Shown: one piece after another, positions 1 through 9,985 of the stretch
Layout: every line of letters starts with the position of its first letter
Numbering within the stretch: position 1 is the stretch's first letter
Source: Alphaproteobacteria bacterium
GTDB lineage: Bacteria; Pseudomonadota; Alphaproteobacteria; G965222575
NCBI GenBank assembly: GCA_965222575.1
Contig: OZ244958.1
Location: 480,001 to 544,000 of the forward strand
Direction: 5' to 3'
Length of the DNA stretch: 64,000 bases
Program-made: the position numbers and the translations under genes
The notes under the pieces: generated by a model
Told to the model about the DNA's origin: nothing
Database searches by the model: none
Seen by the model: only the letters and a program-made list of their open reading frames with translations

Positions 1-1906
1 CCTTCCCCCTCCCCCTCCCCTTCCCCCTCCCCCTCTTCTTCCCCTCTCCCTCAAAAATAGCCGCACCAAGACCTACCGCCTTCTCCACCGTCCGAGGCGT
101 AATGCCATGCTCCTCATTGTACTCCAACTGCCGACACCGACGCCGACCCGTCTCCTCCAACGCTCTACGCATAGACCCCGTCAACCTGTCTCCATACAAT
201 AACACCCGACCCGCACTATGACGCGCCGCACGACCCATGGTCTGTATCAATGACGTCTCTGAACGCAAAAAACCCTCCTTATCCGCATCCAATATCGCTA
301 CCAATGAACACTCAGGAATATCAAGACCCTCACGTAACAAATTAATACCAACTAATACATCATAAACCCCTAACCGCAAATCCTTAATCAGGGATATCCT
401 CTCTAAGGTCTCTATATCAGAATGAAGATACCGACTCTTTATCGCCCCTTCCTGTAAATACTCCGATAAAACCTCCGCTAGCTTCTTCGTCAATGTCGTC
501 ACCAAAACCCGACCCCCGCTCAATACCTCCTTTCTTATCTCTCCCAGTAAATCATCAATCTGATAACCCGCACCCCGTACCTCGCAGATAGGGTCTAATA
601 AACCCGTCGGCCTAATCAACTGCTCCACAATACGACCACTACTCAACGCCTTCTCCCAATCCCCAGGCGTCGCCGATAAAAAAATCGTCTGAGGACGCAA
701 TACTTCCCACTCCCCAAATCGCAACGGCCTATTGTCTATACAGGACGGTAACCGAAACCCATAGGACGATAAGGTATATTTACGACGAAAATCTCCCCGA
801 AACATCCCCCTTATTTGCGGCACCGTTACATGAGACTCGTCTACAAAAAGTATCGCATCCGACGGTAAATACTCAAAAAGTGTCGGCGGCGGCGCCCCAG
901 ACGGACGACCCGTAAGATAACGCGAATAATTCTCTATCCCTTTACAAAAACCACTACACCGCATCACCTCTAAATCATACAACGTCCTCTCCTCTAACCG
1001 CTGCGCCTCTAATAACTTGCCACCTCCCCTCAATACCAATAAACGTTCCTTAAGCTCCCTCCTAATCCCCCCCATCGCCCCCTCAAGAGTCCTCTTCGAT
1101 ACCACATAGTGACTTTGCGGATACACCACACACCGCTCTAAAATCCTCTCCCTCTTCCCCGTCAATACCCCTACTTCCTCTATCAACTCAACCCTTTCGT
1201 CAAATAGCCTAATCCTCCAGTACCTCTCTAACAAATGCGACGCATAAACCTCCAAAACATCCCCCCTCAACCGATACTGACCACGCTCCAACGACAAAAG
1301 CGTCCTCTTATACTGCAATAACGATAACCGACACAACACCTCCTTCAACCGTACCTCCTCCCCAACCTCAAAAATTACCACCAGTGACCCATAAGACGCC
1401 GCATCCCCTAACCCATATAAACACGACACAGACGCCGCTATCAGTACATCACGCCTCTCCAAAAGCGCACGCGTCGCACTATGACGCAACCTGTCTATCT
1501 CTTGGTTAACCGTCGCATCCTTCTCTATATACGTATCACTCCGCGCAATATACGCCTCCGGCTGATAATAATCATAGTACGATACAAAATACTCCACCGC
1601 ATTCCCAGGAAAAAAACCCTTCATCTCCTCATATAACTGAGCCGTTAAGGTCTTATTGTGCGACATTATCAACCCAGGACGACCCGTCCGCGCTACAACT
1701 TCCGCCATGCTAAAAGTCTTCCCAGAACCCGTCACCCCTAATAATACCTGATTGCGTACCCCCGCCTCTAACCCAGCTATCAACCCCTCTATAGCTTGCG
1801 GCTGATCCCCACAGGCTGAATACGAAGACACCAACTTAAATGGGGGCGAACGCTTCTTATACTCAACCCTAGGTGCCTCACTCCGCCACACAGAACCAGA
1901 CTCCAT
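1..1906 (-). CDS. uvrB: Excinuclease ABC subunit B; 3' end runs off the window
   Basis: Not in ORF track. Hand translation from ATG at 1906 gives MESGSVW...FKLVSSYSACGDQPQAI...LLGVTGSGKTFSMA and near the left edge HGITPRTV. An in-frame TTG at about 1942 is an alternative start. Confidence 0.95.
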   Translation of the reverse strand, partial: MESGSVWRSEAPRVEYKKRSPPFKLVSSYSACGDQPQAIEGLIAGLEAGVRNQVLLGVTGSGKTFSMAEVVARTGRPGLIMSHNKTLTAQLYEEMKGFFPGNAVEYFVSYYDYYQPEAYIARSDTYIEKDATVNQEIDRLRHSATRALLERRDVLIAASVSCLYGLGDAASYGSLVVIFEVGEEVRLKEVLCRLSLLQYKRTLLSLERGQYRLRGDVLEVYASHLLERYWRIRLFDERVELIEEVGVLTGKRERILERCVVYPQSHYVVSKRTLEGAMGGIRRELKERLLVLRGGGKLLEAQRLEERTLYDLEVMRCSGFCKGIENYSRYLTGRPSGAPPPTLFEYLPSDAILFVDESHVTVPQIRGMFRGDFRRKYTLSSYGFRLPSCIDNRPLRFGEWEVLRPQTIFLSATPGDWEKALSSGRIVEQLIRPTGLLDPICEVRGAGYQIDDLLGEIRKEVLSGGRVLVTTLTKKLAEVLSEYLQEGAIKSRYLHSDIETLERISLIKDLRLGVYDVLVGINLLREGLDIPECSLVAILDADKEGFLRSETSLIQTMGRAARHSAGRVLLYGDRLTGSMRRALEETGRRRCRQLEYNEEHGITPRTVEKAVGLGAAIFEGEGKKRGRGKGRGRGK

Positions 1907-1946
1907 CAACAATAACGCACGCTTATACGCTTCTTCTTCCAACCCC

Positions 1947-2816
1947 TTACCCTCTCTTCCTCTCCCTTAACACCAACACAACAAATAACAACACACTCAG
2001 CACCAACACACTCAACCCAAACAATAACGTCCCAATCCCTCCTCCGCGCTCTAAAAAAACCGCACCCCCATAACGCATCCATAACCACTCCCTCAGTCCT
2101 TCCTCCCCTAAACCCCCAGCCGCTAAAGACTTAAGCTTCATCTTCAAATCTAACGCAAGAGGCGCAGACGAATCCCATAAAGTCAATCCCTCGCATTGTA
2201 GACACTCAAGGGTCTTAAAAAACGATACCAAATCTCCCTCCTCCACTATATCCCTCTTACCCTTTCTACCACCCGCTCCCCTCTCCAAAACTACCAACTC
2301 CTCTTTCTCCTCTCCTTTTATCCACGGCCATAAATATCTCTTAATAACATCCAATGTCAAACCACCATGCAGTATCGTCACAACCCGCCCCTCCTCCAAT
2401 AAAACCACCGCCGGGACATCCAAAACCCCCATAGAAACCAAAACTTCCCCCTCTTCATCTTTCCCAACCTCATCATAAAGACCCCCACCAAAACCCCATT
2501 CCTCATCCTTATACACCAACGCAACTAACTTAATACCAGCCGCATCAATATATTCCTTCAACCCCCTAAACACTTCCACATCTAAAACCGACTCCCTCGA
2601 CCAAGACGCTACCACATGAACAATCACCCCCCCTGTCCCAAAAACCCCTTTCTCCAATACCCCACCCCCAAAACTACGTACTGCTACATCCCAAGACACC
2701 GCCGGGTGAGACACTGTTATCTCTCTTTTCCGCTCCTTAAACAAGGACAACAATAACCCCAACGCTCCCACACCAAACAATACCACACACACACTCAACA
2801 CCAATACCCTAAACAC
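1947..2816 (-). CDS. CcmG(DsbE)-like thioredoxin domain fused to a CcmH domain (cytochrome c maturation)
   Basis: N-terminal TM, then VIVHVVASWSRES and GVLDVPAVVLLEEG (TlpA/DsbE-like fold with cis-Pro motif). C-terminal LECLQCEGLTLWDSSAPLALDLK...YG plus TM matches the CcmH LRCxxC motif. Lies directly after ccmF. Confidence 0.75.
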   Translation of the reverse strand: MFRVLVLSVCVVLFGVGALGLLLSLFKERKREITVSHPAVSWDVAVRSFGGGVLEKGVFGTGGVIVHVVASWSRESVLDVEVFRGLKEYIDAAGIKLVALVYKDEEWGFGGGLYDEVGKDEEGEVLVSMGVLDVPAVVLLEEGRVVTILHGGLTLDVIKRYLWPWIKGEEKEELVVLERGAGGRKGKRDIVEEGDLVSFFKTLECLQCEGLTLWDSSAPLALDLKMKLKSLAAGGLGEEGLREWLWMRYGGAVFLERGGGIGTLLFGLSVLVLSVLLFVVLVLRERKRG

Positions 2817-4674
2817 CCAAACCCTTCCTCCTCCCCCTCCTAAAAACCGACACCAACACAGACCCCCCCATCACTAAGGCTCCCAACCATATCAAATCAA
2901 TCAAAGGCTTGTAAGAAACCTGTACCAAATATCTCAACCCCTCTCTCCCCGCGCCGCGCGTGTTAATAGCCATATGGACATGAGACGGAAATACCCGCAC
3001 AAAATCCGATTCCCACGTTTGGGCTAAAGGCGCCTTATAATACCTCAAAGACGGCGATAACTTAAAGGGAGGCTTTCCCGCAGATTCCCCCTCAAATGTC
3101 GTCACAAGTGACTGATAATTCTCCCCCTCCTCCCAACGCTCCTCTACCATCTTAAGAGTAATGCCCGCAACCTCAATATGCTCTCCTACTTCCAAAATCT
3201 CCTGCTTCGTCACCTCCAACCCTTGCGACGCTATCCCCAATAAACTCACGCACACCCCAACATGGGCAAACGAACGCACTGTCAATACAAGTCCCCGACC
3301 TTCCCATAAACTCCCAATAATCCCCCAAAAACTCACTGCTACCCAAAACAATACCAAAAAACCCCCGCCTTGCCACCGCCAAAACAAATACGTCAACCCT
3401 AACGATACCACCAATCCCCATAACAACGGCTTCACCCGTTCCCTCCCCACAAAACCCCTAGACGATACAACAGGCATCATCACCAAAAATACCCCCATAG
3501 GTAACAACAACATCGTAAAATACTCCTCCCCCAACGCCACAGGTAACGAAAAAAATACCCCAGAAATCACAGGCCACAATGTCCCCATCAACACAACCAC
3601 CGCAATAGCACATATCCAAAGACACTGACCCAATAACACCAGCACACGAACACTCATCACCTCCCTACGCCAACGCCTCAACCCCGGGCCCATCACCACA
3701 GACACAACACTCACTGCAAAAAATACTAGAAAAATCATCAACAAAATTACCCCACGCGTCGGCGACGACGCAAACCCATGTACCGATACCAATACCCCGC
3801 TCCTCACCAAAAACATCCCCATCAAAACTGACAAAAAAGGGAAGCCCAATAAACTCATTAACAAAACACCAAAACCCCCTCCCACCGCATACAAATGAAG
3901 AACCCCTATCACTAAAAGCCATGGCATAAGCGCTACCGTCTCCACAGGATCCCAAAACCACCAACCCCCCCAGCCAAGCTCGTAATACGCCCAATAAGAC
4001 CCTAACGCTATGGCTATAGTCAAAAACCCAAACGCTCCCCTAAGCCAACCCCCTAAACCCCTAACTACCTCAACACCCCTAAAACACCCTAACAACCCAA
4101 CACTAAACGGCACAAGTAACAATGCCGCTCCTAAATAAAAAAAAGGGGGATGAAACGCTAATGACGGATCCTGCAAAATCGGATTCAACCCCGACCCCTC
4201 CAATACAGACTTTACCCCCCTAAAAGGCGACGAAAATACACTTGACAACAAAACAAACGATAAAATTACACTCCCCATAATCCCTAACACATATCGCTTC
4301 CCCTCTAAACTCCCTCCCCCGCCGCCAACAAAACTCCACACCACGCGCACAAAACACAACATCATCAACCACAACAATAACGACCCCTCATGATTCCCCC
4401 ATACCCCAGCTACCCTATACAAAAGAGGCTCCCCCTCATGACTATGACGCCACACCAACCACAAAGACAAATCCGTACCAACAAAACCCCACAGCAATAC
4501 CAAAAAACTCACAACACACAAAACAAGTGCTACCACACTCATCTCACGCTGAAGAAAAAAAATACCGCCTCCCCTCAATACGCCCCCCACACGCACAAAA
4601 CCCAATAACACAACGAAAATCTCTACTAACAAGAGACTCCATAAAACAACATCTCCTAAAACCCCCAACATCAC
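2809..4674 (-). CDS. ccmF: Cytochrome c heme lyase subunit CcmF
   Basis: WGNHEGSLLLW, GLNPILQDP..FHPP, WAYYELGWGGWWFWDPVE, RSGVLVSVHGF motifs. Confidence 0.95.
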   Translation of the reverse strand: MMLGVLGDVVLWSLLLVEIFVVLLGFVRVGGVLRGGGIFFLQREMSVVALVLCVVSFLVLLWGFVGTDLSLWLVWRHSHEGEPLLYRVAGVWGNHEGSLLLWLMMLCFVRVVWSFVGGGGGSLEGKRYVLGIMGSVILSFVLLSSVFSSPFRGVKSVLEGSGLNPILQDPSLAFHPPFFYLGAALLLVPFSVGLLGCFRGVEVVRGLGGWLRGAFGFLTIAIALGSYWAYYELGWGGWWFWDPVETVALMPWLLVIGVLHLYAVGGGFGVLLMSLLGFPFLSVLMGMFLVRSGVLVSVHGFASSPTRGVILLMIFLVFFAVSVVSVVMGPGLRRWRREVMSVRVLVLLGQCLWICAIAVVVLMGTLWPVISGVFFSLPVALGEEYFTMLLLPMGVFLVMMPVVSSRGFVGRERVKPLLWGLVVSLGLTYLFWRWQGGGFLVLFWVAVSFWGIIGSLWEGRGLVLTVRSFAHVGVCVSLLGIASQGLEVTKQEILEVGEHIEVAGITLKMVEERWEEGENYQSLVTTFEGESAGKPPFKLSPSLRYYKAPLAQTWESDFVRVFPSHVHMAINTRGAGREGLRYLVQVSYKPLIDLIWLGALVMGGSVLVSVFRRGRRKGLGV

Positions 4675-4698
4675 ACACAGTCTCCTAATACCAATCTT

Positions 4699-5127
4699 TC
4701 AGATAACAACATAAAAGGACTTCAGATAAAACGGCAATAACGGCTCAGACAACGGCCTATAGGTCTCATCATGCTTCGCTAACACCCGCTCTGCAACAAA
4801 TACCCCCGCGCTCGATACCCACCGACCCTTCACCACTACCAATTGACCCTCCCTAAATAAAGACGGCAGTAAACCCCCATACCTCACCCGTAACCGCGTC
4901 CGACTATCCTTTATCTCAAAAATAACCCAAGCTCCCTCTTCCTCAACACTCCCCACGCATACCTCACCCGCTACCTTCAATACTCCACCCCCTCGTATCA
5001 ACTCCTCTTGCGACGGAAAAACAAAAAACGAAACCGTCCTGCTAATAGAAAAAACTAGCAACAATACCCCCAACACTACTAAAAAACACAACAACACAGT
5101 AACCCTAAAACCCACAACAACCCTCAC
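4699..5127 (-). CDS. ccmE: Heme chaperone CcmE
   Basis: LPSLFREGQ and VLAKHDETY heme-binding motif; N-terminal TM. Confidence 0.93.
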   Translation of the reverse strand: MRVVVGFRVTVLLCFLVVLGVLLLVFSISRTVSFFVFPSQEELIRGGGVLKVAGEVCVGSVEEEGAWVIFEIKDSRTRLRVRYGGLLPSLFREGQLVVVKGRWVSSAGVFVAERVLAKHDETYRPLSEPLLPFYLKSFYVVI

Positions 5128-5966
5128 CTCAACCTCACAAGCTTAACCCCTAATAACCCCATCATCAAATACCCCAATCCTAACCCCACTAATAACAACG
5201 CACTCAACACCACTAACGAAAAAGACCAAACCAATCCCACTCCCAATAATACAAAAAACCCTATCAACCACAACACCAACACCACGACACTCCAAAACCT
5301 CATCCTCCATAAAAAAGTCCGATTAAAGGCACTGCCAAATACCAAAAATATCCCCAACCCATACAACCCTAACGCTACCACTAACAACGGTAACAACATC
5401 GAATAAGAAATCGTTGAAGAAGACAAATCCCTAAATACCACACTCGCTCCCTGATGCAAGGTATTCCACCACTCCACTGAAAACTTGATAATAGGAAGAT
5501 TAATCCCTCCCAATATCCCTATCACACTCGCCCCATACAGTCCCTTCTCCCCAATAGCTAACCGCGGTATCAACAACACCACAATATACAAAAAAAATAA
5601 CACCAACACAGAGGTCAACCTCCCATCCCATACCCACCACCACCCCCACGTAAACCGTCCCCATATAGACCCCGTCACCAAACACAAAAAAGTACTCATA
5701 CATCCCACACGCGCCGTGGATAACAAAAGCCTGCCTAACCCTTCTCCCCTCTTCAAACAATACAGTACCCCAACCACGCACAACACCACATAAAGCGATA
5801 AACTCAACCACGCATACGGTACATGAAGGTACAGTATCCTAAAAACTTCCCCCTGAACATAATCACTAGGCGTCAAAAATAATCCCCAAAATAATCCCCA
5901 TATATACAAACTTACCCCCAATACCCCACACATACTCAACACCCACGATAACACCAATACCCGCAC
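5124..5966 (-). CDS. ccmC: Heme exporter/CcmC with a C-terminal hydrophobic extension
   Basis: QGEVFRILYLHVP, GSIWGRFTWGWWWVWDGRLTS (WWD domain), SVEWWNTLHQ. Start placed at GTG 5966 behind a GGAGG SD; the ORF track starts at TTG 5999. Confidence 0.92.
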   Translation of the reverse strand: MRVLVLSWVLSMCGVLGVSLYIWGLFWGLFLTPSDYVQGEVFRILYLHVPYAWLSLSLYVVLCVVGVLYCLKRGEGLGRLLLSTARVGCMSTFLCLVTGSIWGRFTWGWWWVWDGRLTSVLVLFFLYIVVLLIPRLAIGEKGLYGASVIGILGGINLPIIKFSVEWWNTLHQGASVVFRDLSSSTISYSMLLPLLVVALGLYGLGIFLVFGSAFNRTFLWRMRFWSVVVLVLWLIGFFVLLGVGLVWSFSLVVLSALLLVGLGLGYLMMGLLGVKLVRLR

Positions 5967-6060
5967 CCCAATTCCTCCCTCTTGATAAAACCTATCCAAT
6001 CACTTTATAATACCCCCTTAATACTTCAACAATCAACTTCCTTCTCCCACACGTCTCCCC

Positions 6061-6825
6061 ATGAGCTACCTCCTCGCCATACAAAATTGCTCCCTCTACT
6101 TCAACACCTTTTGCGCCTTAAACAATGTCTCCCTCAAAATCCCTAACGGAAAAATCTCCGGACTCATCGGACCAAACGGCGCCGGCAAAACAAGCCTCTT
6201 TAACTGCATAAACGGACTCTATAAACCCTCACAAGGACATATCCTCCTAAACCACCACGGCAACATCACATCCCTCCCACCTCACAAACGAACCGCACTC
6301 GGTATCACCCGTACCTTCCAATACCCCTCCATACCCCCACATATCTCCACCGCCCAAGCCGCCTCCACAGGCTCCTACACCCTCTTCCAATCCTCCCTCA
6401 TAGACACCATCTTCAACTCTAAACGCTACAAACATCACAACTCACAACACAAAGAATGGACCTCCTACACCCTCAACCTCTTAAACCTCTCTCACCTCAA
6501 AAACCAACAAGTCCAAACCCTCACCTTCGTCCAAAAAAAACAACTCGAAATCGCTCGCGCTATCACCCCTAATACCAAACTCCTACTCCTAGACGAACCA
6601 GCTACAGGCCTCTCTATAAACGAAATCTCCTCCTTCAAACTCACCATAAAACGTCTCCAAAAAAAACTCAACCTCTCCATCCTCATGGTCGAACACAACA
6701 TGACCCTCGCCCTCGATATCTGCCAAACCCTCTTCATCCTCAATAACGGTAAACTCATCGCCAACGGAACACCACACTCTATCCAGCAAAATAAAATCGT
6801 CCAAAAAGTCTACTTGCTCCAATAA
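6061..6825 (+). CDS. livG: Branched-chain amino acid ABC transporter ATP-binding protein (LivG-like)
   Basis: GLIGPNGAGKTS, GITRTFQ, LLLDEPATG, VEHNM. Confidence 0.85.
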   Translation: MSYLLAIQNCSLYFNTFCALNNVSLKIPNGKISGLIGPNGAGKTSLFNCINGLYKPSQGHILLNHHGNITSLPPHKRTALGITRTFQYPSIPPHISTAQAASTGSYTLFQSSLIDTIFNSKRYKHHNSQHKEWTSYTLNLLNLSHLKNQQVQTLTFVQKKQLEIARAITPNTKLLLLDEPATGLSINEISSFKLTIKRLQKKLNLSILMVEHNMTLALDICQTLFILNNGKLIANGTPHSIQQNKIVQKVYLLQ

Positions 6826-6834
6826 CCTGACAAC

Positions 6835-7506
6835 ATGAAACATATCCTCTCTATTAACCTCACTTGCGTAAGACAAAAACAACAAGTCCTCACCAATATC
6901 AACTGTACCCTCAATACCCACCACATCACCCTCCTAACAGGACCAAACGGCGCCGGCAAAACAACCCTCCTAAACTGTATCTTCAACCTCATCCCCTACA
7001 ACGGATTAGTCCTCTTCAACGGACACAACCTCTCACAACTCCCTCCACAACGCATACCCCCACTAGGACTCGCTTACATCCCAGAAAATAAAGGACTCTT
7101 CCCAGAACTCACCGTTAAAGAAAATCTCTCCCTAAGCGGACACAACACAAAACGAACCCTACGCAACAAAACCCTCAACCACCTCCTCAACCTCTCCCCC
7201 TCCCTCAAAAAAAAACAACACCTACAAGCCGGGTTCCTCTCAGGCGGCGAACAGCAATACCTCGCCGTCCTCAAAACCCTCATGATGAACCCTAAACTCC
7301 TACTCCTAGACGAACCCCTAAATGGCCTCTCCCCTAAATGGAAATCCTCCCTCCTCAACCTCCTCAAAACCCTCAAACAAAACGGCATGACCATCCTCAT
7401 GGCGGAACAACCTAGCCCCCAATGTAAAAAAATCACCAATACCACCTGGACCATCAACAAAGGACACCTCCAAAACCACCCCACCTCCCAACATGTGGAT
7501 ACATAA
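6835..7506 (+). CDS. livF: Branched-chain amino acid ABC transporter ATP-binding protein (LivF-like)
   Basis: GPNGAGKTT, LFPELTVKENL, LSGGEQQ, LLLDEP. Confidence 0.85.
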   Translation: MKHILSINLTCVRQKQQVLTNINCTLNTHHITLLTGPNGAGKTTLLNCIFNLIPYNGLVLFNGHNLSQLPPQRIPPLGLAYIPENKGLFPELTVKENLSLSGHNTKRTLRNKTLNHLLNLSPSLKKKQHLQAGFLSGGEQQYLAVLKTLMMNPKLLLLDEPLNGLSPKWKSSLLNLLKTLKQNGMTILMAEQPSPQCKKITNTTWTINKGHLQNHPTSQHVDT

Positions 7507-8368
7507 TCTCGTTCTCATCCTCTCAAACGGCAGTATCTATGCCCTCATCGCCCTCGCCCTGGTCATGATCCATAAATCCACCGGCCTCATCAACTTCGCT
7601 CAAGGCGAAATGGCTACCTTCAGCACTTACATTTGTTTCTCCCTCATTACCTTCTTCCACCTCAACTACTGGGTAGCCTTCTGCCTCACCCTCCTCCTCT
7701 CCTTCCTCTTAGGACTCTCCATAGAACGATTCCTCATCCGACCCCTCTACAAACACATCACCCTCAACCACTTCTCCGTCATCACCCTCTTCATCGGCCT
7801 CATGATTACCTTCCACGCCTCCACAGGAGTCCTTTGGGGCTTTGGAACCTTCCCTTTCCCTTCCCCCTTCAAAACCATAGACTCCCACCTCATAAGCGGA
7901 CACCACTTAGGCATTGCTCTTCTAGCTGCCCTCCTCTTCCTTGCTCTCTTTCTTTTCTTTCGCTACACCTCTATGGGCCTCAAAATGCGCGCCGCTGCAC
8001 AAAATCCTCAAGCCTGCACCCTCATGGGTATCTCCGTCAACCAACTCTACAGCTTAGGATGGGGACTCGCCGCTGCCCTCGGCGCCATAGCAGGACTCCT
8101 CACAGCCCCCATGGTCTTCCTCGCTCCAGATATGATGATGGCAACCTTCATCTATGGATTCGCCGCCGCTCTCATCGGCGGACTCAATAGCCCCCTCGGC
8201 GCTACCCTAGGCGCTTTCCTCCTCAGTACAACTGAAATCCTCATCATCCAATACATCCCAGGATTCGGTACCGTTATGAAACTCCCTCTTGCTCTCCTCT
8301 TCATCGTTTGCCTCCTCATCCTCAAACCAGAAGGACTCTTCAATAAAAAAAATCCTCAGCGCGTCTAA
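7493..8368 (+). CDS. livH: Branched-chain amino acid ABC transporter permease (LivH-like)
   Basis: GSIYALIALALVMI..STGLINFAQGE, GLKMRAAAQN, KPEGLF. Confidence 0.88.
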   Translation: MWIHNLVLILSNGSIYALIALALVMIHKSTGLINFAQGEMATFSTYICFSLITFFHLNYWVAFCLTLLLSFLLGLSIERFLIRPLYKHITLNHFSVITLFIGLMITFHASTGVLWGFGTFPFPSPFKTIDSHLISGHHLGIALLAALLFLALFLFFRYTSMGLKMRAAAQNPQACTLMGISVNQLYSLGWGLAAALGAIAGLLTAPMVFLAPDMMMATFIYGFAAALIGGLNSPLGATLGAFLLSTTEILIIQYIPGFGTVMKLPLALLFIVCLLILKPEGLFNKKNPQRV

Positions 8369-8371
8369 CCC

Positions 8372-9328
8372 ATGACCTCTAAACTCCTCCTCCTTATCCT
8401 TACCTGCGCACTCCTGCCTCTCTTCCTCTCAGATTACACCCTCTTCCTCTCCGTCTCCCTGATAGGATGGGCTATTGCCCTCTTCGGCCTCAACTTCGTC
8501 ATGGGGTTAAGCGGGCGATTCACCCTGGGCTCTAACGCCTTCATGCTCCTAGGCCTCTATACCGCCACCATCAGTATCAATTCCGCAACGGGTGCCCTCA
8601 TCGCTCTCACCACCGCCACCGCCATAGGCGCCTTAGCCGGACTCCTCTTCGGACGACTCACCACCTCCTTAGAACAAGCTTCCCTCGCCGCCGCCACCAT
8701 CGCTCTCGCCCTCGCTTTCCCCCCGCTCCTCAAACACCCAGCCTTCGAACCCCTCACCGGCGGCGTGCAAGGACTCCACATCCAGAACCACCTCTTAACC
8801 CTCCTTCCTTTTCAGACCATACCCCTATCTGATACCCTCCTCTTTTGGCTAGCAAGCGCTCTCCTCCTCCTTACCGCTCTTACCTTCCACCGTATCAAAA
8901 TAAGCCCCCTAGGGCCCGTCTCCGCTTCCCTACAGCACAACCACATGGTCGCTCAAGCCATAGGAATCAATACTGCCAATATCAAAACCCTCTTCTTCTC
9001 CCTAAGCGGCGCCTTCTGTAGCCTCGCAGGTGCCCTCATCGCCCTCACTACCAAATTCGCCTCCCCTGATAGCTTCGACCTCTTCACCTCTATCTCCCTG
9101 CTGGTCGGCCTCACCATCGGCGGACTCTCCTCCACCAGCGGGCCCATCATAGGAAGCCTCTTCCTCTTCTTCGTCCCAGACCTCGTCGCAGAATACCTCT
9201 CAAAAACCGCAACCTGGGCCCTCTATGGACTCCTCCTCATCCTCGCCGTCTTCCTCTTCCCAAAAGGCATAACAGGTAGCCTACACCGCCTCCCATCAAC
9301 CCTACGACTCCTCTTCCCAAAGCGGTGA
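8372..9328 (+). CDS. livM: Branched-chain amino acid ABC transporter permease (LivM-like)
   Basis: GLNFVMGLSG, TGGVQGL, GPIIGS, FPKGITG; position in the operon. Confidence 0.82.
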   Translation: MTSKLLLLILTCALLPLFLSDYTLFLSVSLIGWAIALFGLNFVMGLSGRFTLGSNAFMLLGLYTATISINSATGALIALTTATAIGALAGLLFGRLTTSLEQASLAAATIALALAFPPLLKHPAFEPLTGGVQGLHIQNHLLTLLPFQTIPLSDTLLFWLASALLLLTALTFHRIKISPLGPVSASLQHNHMVAQAIGINTANIKTLFFSLSGAFCSLAGALIALTTKFASPDSFDLFTSISLLVGLTIGGLSSTSGPIIGSLFLFFVPDLVAEYLSKTATWALYGLLLILAVFLFPKGITGSLHRLPSTLRLLFPKR

Positions 9329-9985
9329 CTCTATCTTCAACAAAAGCTCCTTCCGACGACGCAACTCTTCCTCTGTCAATGCCTCAACAAAACCACGCCT
9401 CTCAATCACCGCCTCATCACCACCACTAGCCAACACAACCGCCGCCTCTTTCCTTCCTACCTCCTCAGGTTCCCCCGCTTTCTCAAGACACATCTTCCTA
9501 TAAACCTCCGCCAATAACTGCGCATCCAGTAAAGCCCCATGCTTCGTGCGCTTAGACAAATCTACCCCATAATACACGCAAAGACTATCCAGCGACACAC
9601 GTTGCCCAGGAAGCTTCTCCCGCGCAATCTGTAGCGTGTCTATCACTTCATTCTTCAATTCCCCCTCACCGCTCTCCTCAAGCTCCCTCTTCAAAAACGA
9701 TAAATCAAAGGGCGCATTATGTATAATAAGAGGACTCTCCCCTAAAAAAGACAAAAATGCCGGCATTATTTCCTTAAACAACGGCTTGCCCTTCAGAAAA
9801 TCATCGGATAAACCGTGAATCTTCACCACCTCCTCCGGTACCGACCGACAAGGATCAAGATAACACGAATACTCCTTCCCCGTTAACCGACCATCTAATA
9901 TCTCAACAGCCCCTATCTCCACTATCTTATGTCCCTCAAGAGGACTCAACCCCGTGGTCTCCGTATCTAACGCTATCAACCGCAC
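9302..9985 (-). CDS. dnaQ: DNA polymerase III epsilon subunit
   Basis: LDTETTGL, HNAPFD, HGALLDAQLLAEVY (DEDDh exonuclease). Confidence 0.95.
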   Translation of the reverse strand: MRLIALDTETTGLSPLEGHKIVEIGAVEILDGRLTGKEYSCYLDPCRSVPEEVVKIHGLSDDFLKGKPLFKEIMPAFLSFLGESPLIIHNAPFDLSFLKRELEESGEGELKNEVIDTLQIAREKLPGQRVSLDSLCVYYGVDLSKRTKHGALLDAQLLAEVYRKMCLEKAGEPEEVGRKEAAVVLASGGDEAVIERRGFVEALTEEELRRRKELLLKIESPLWEEES

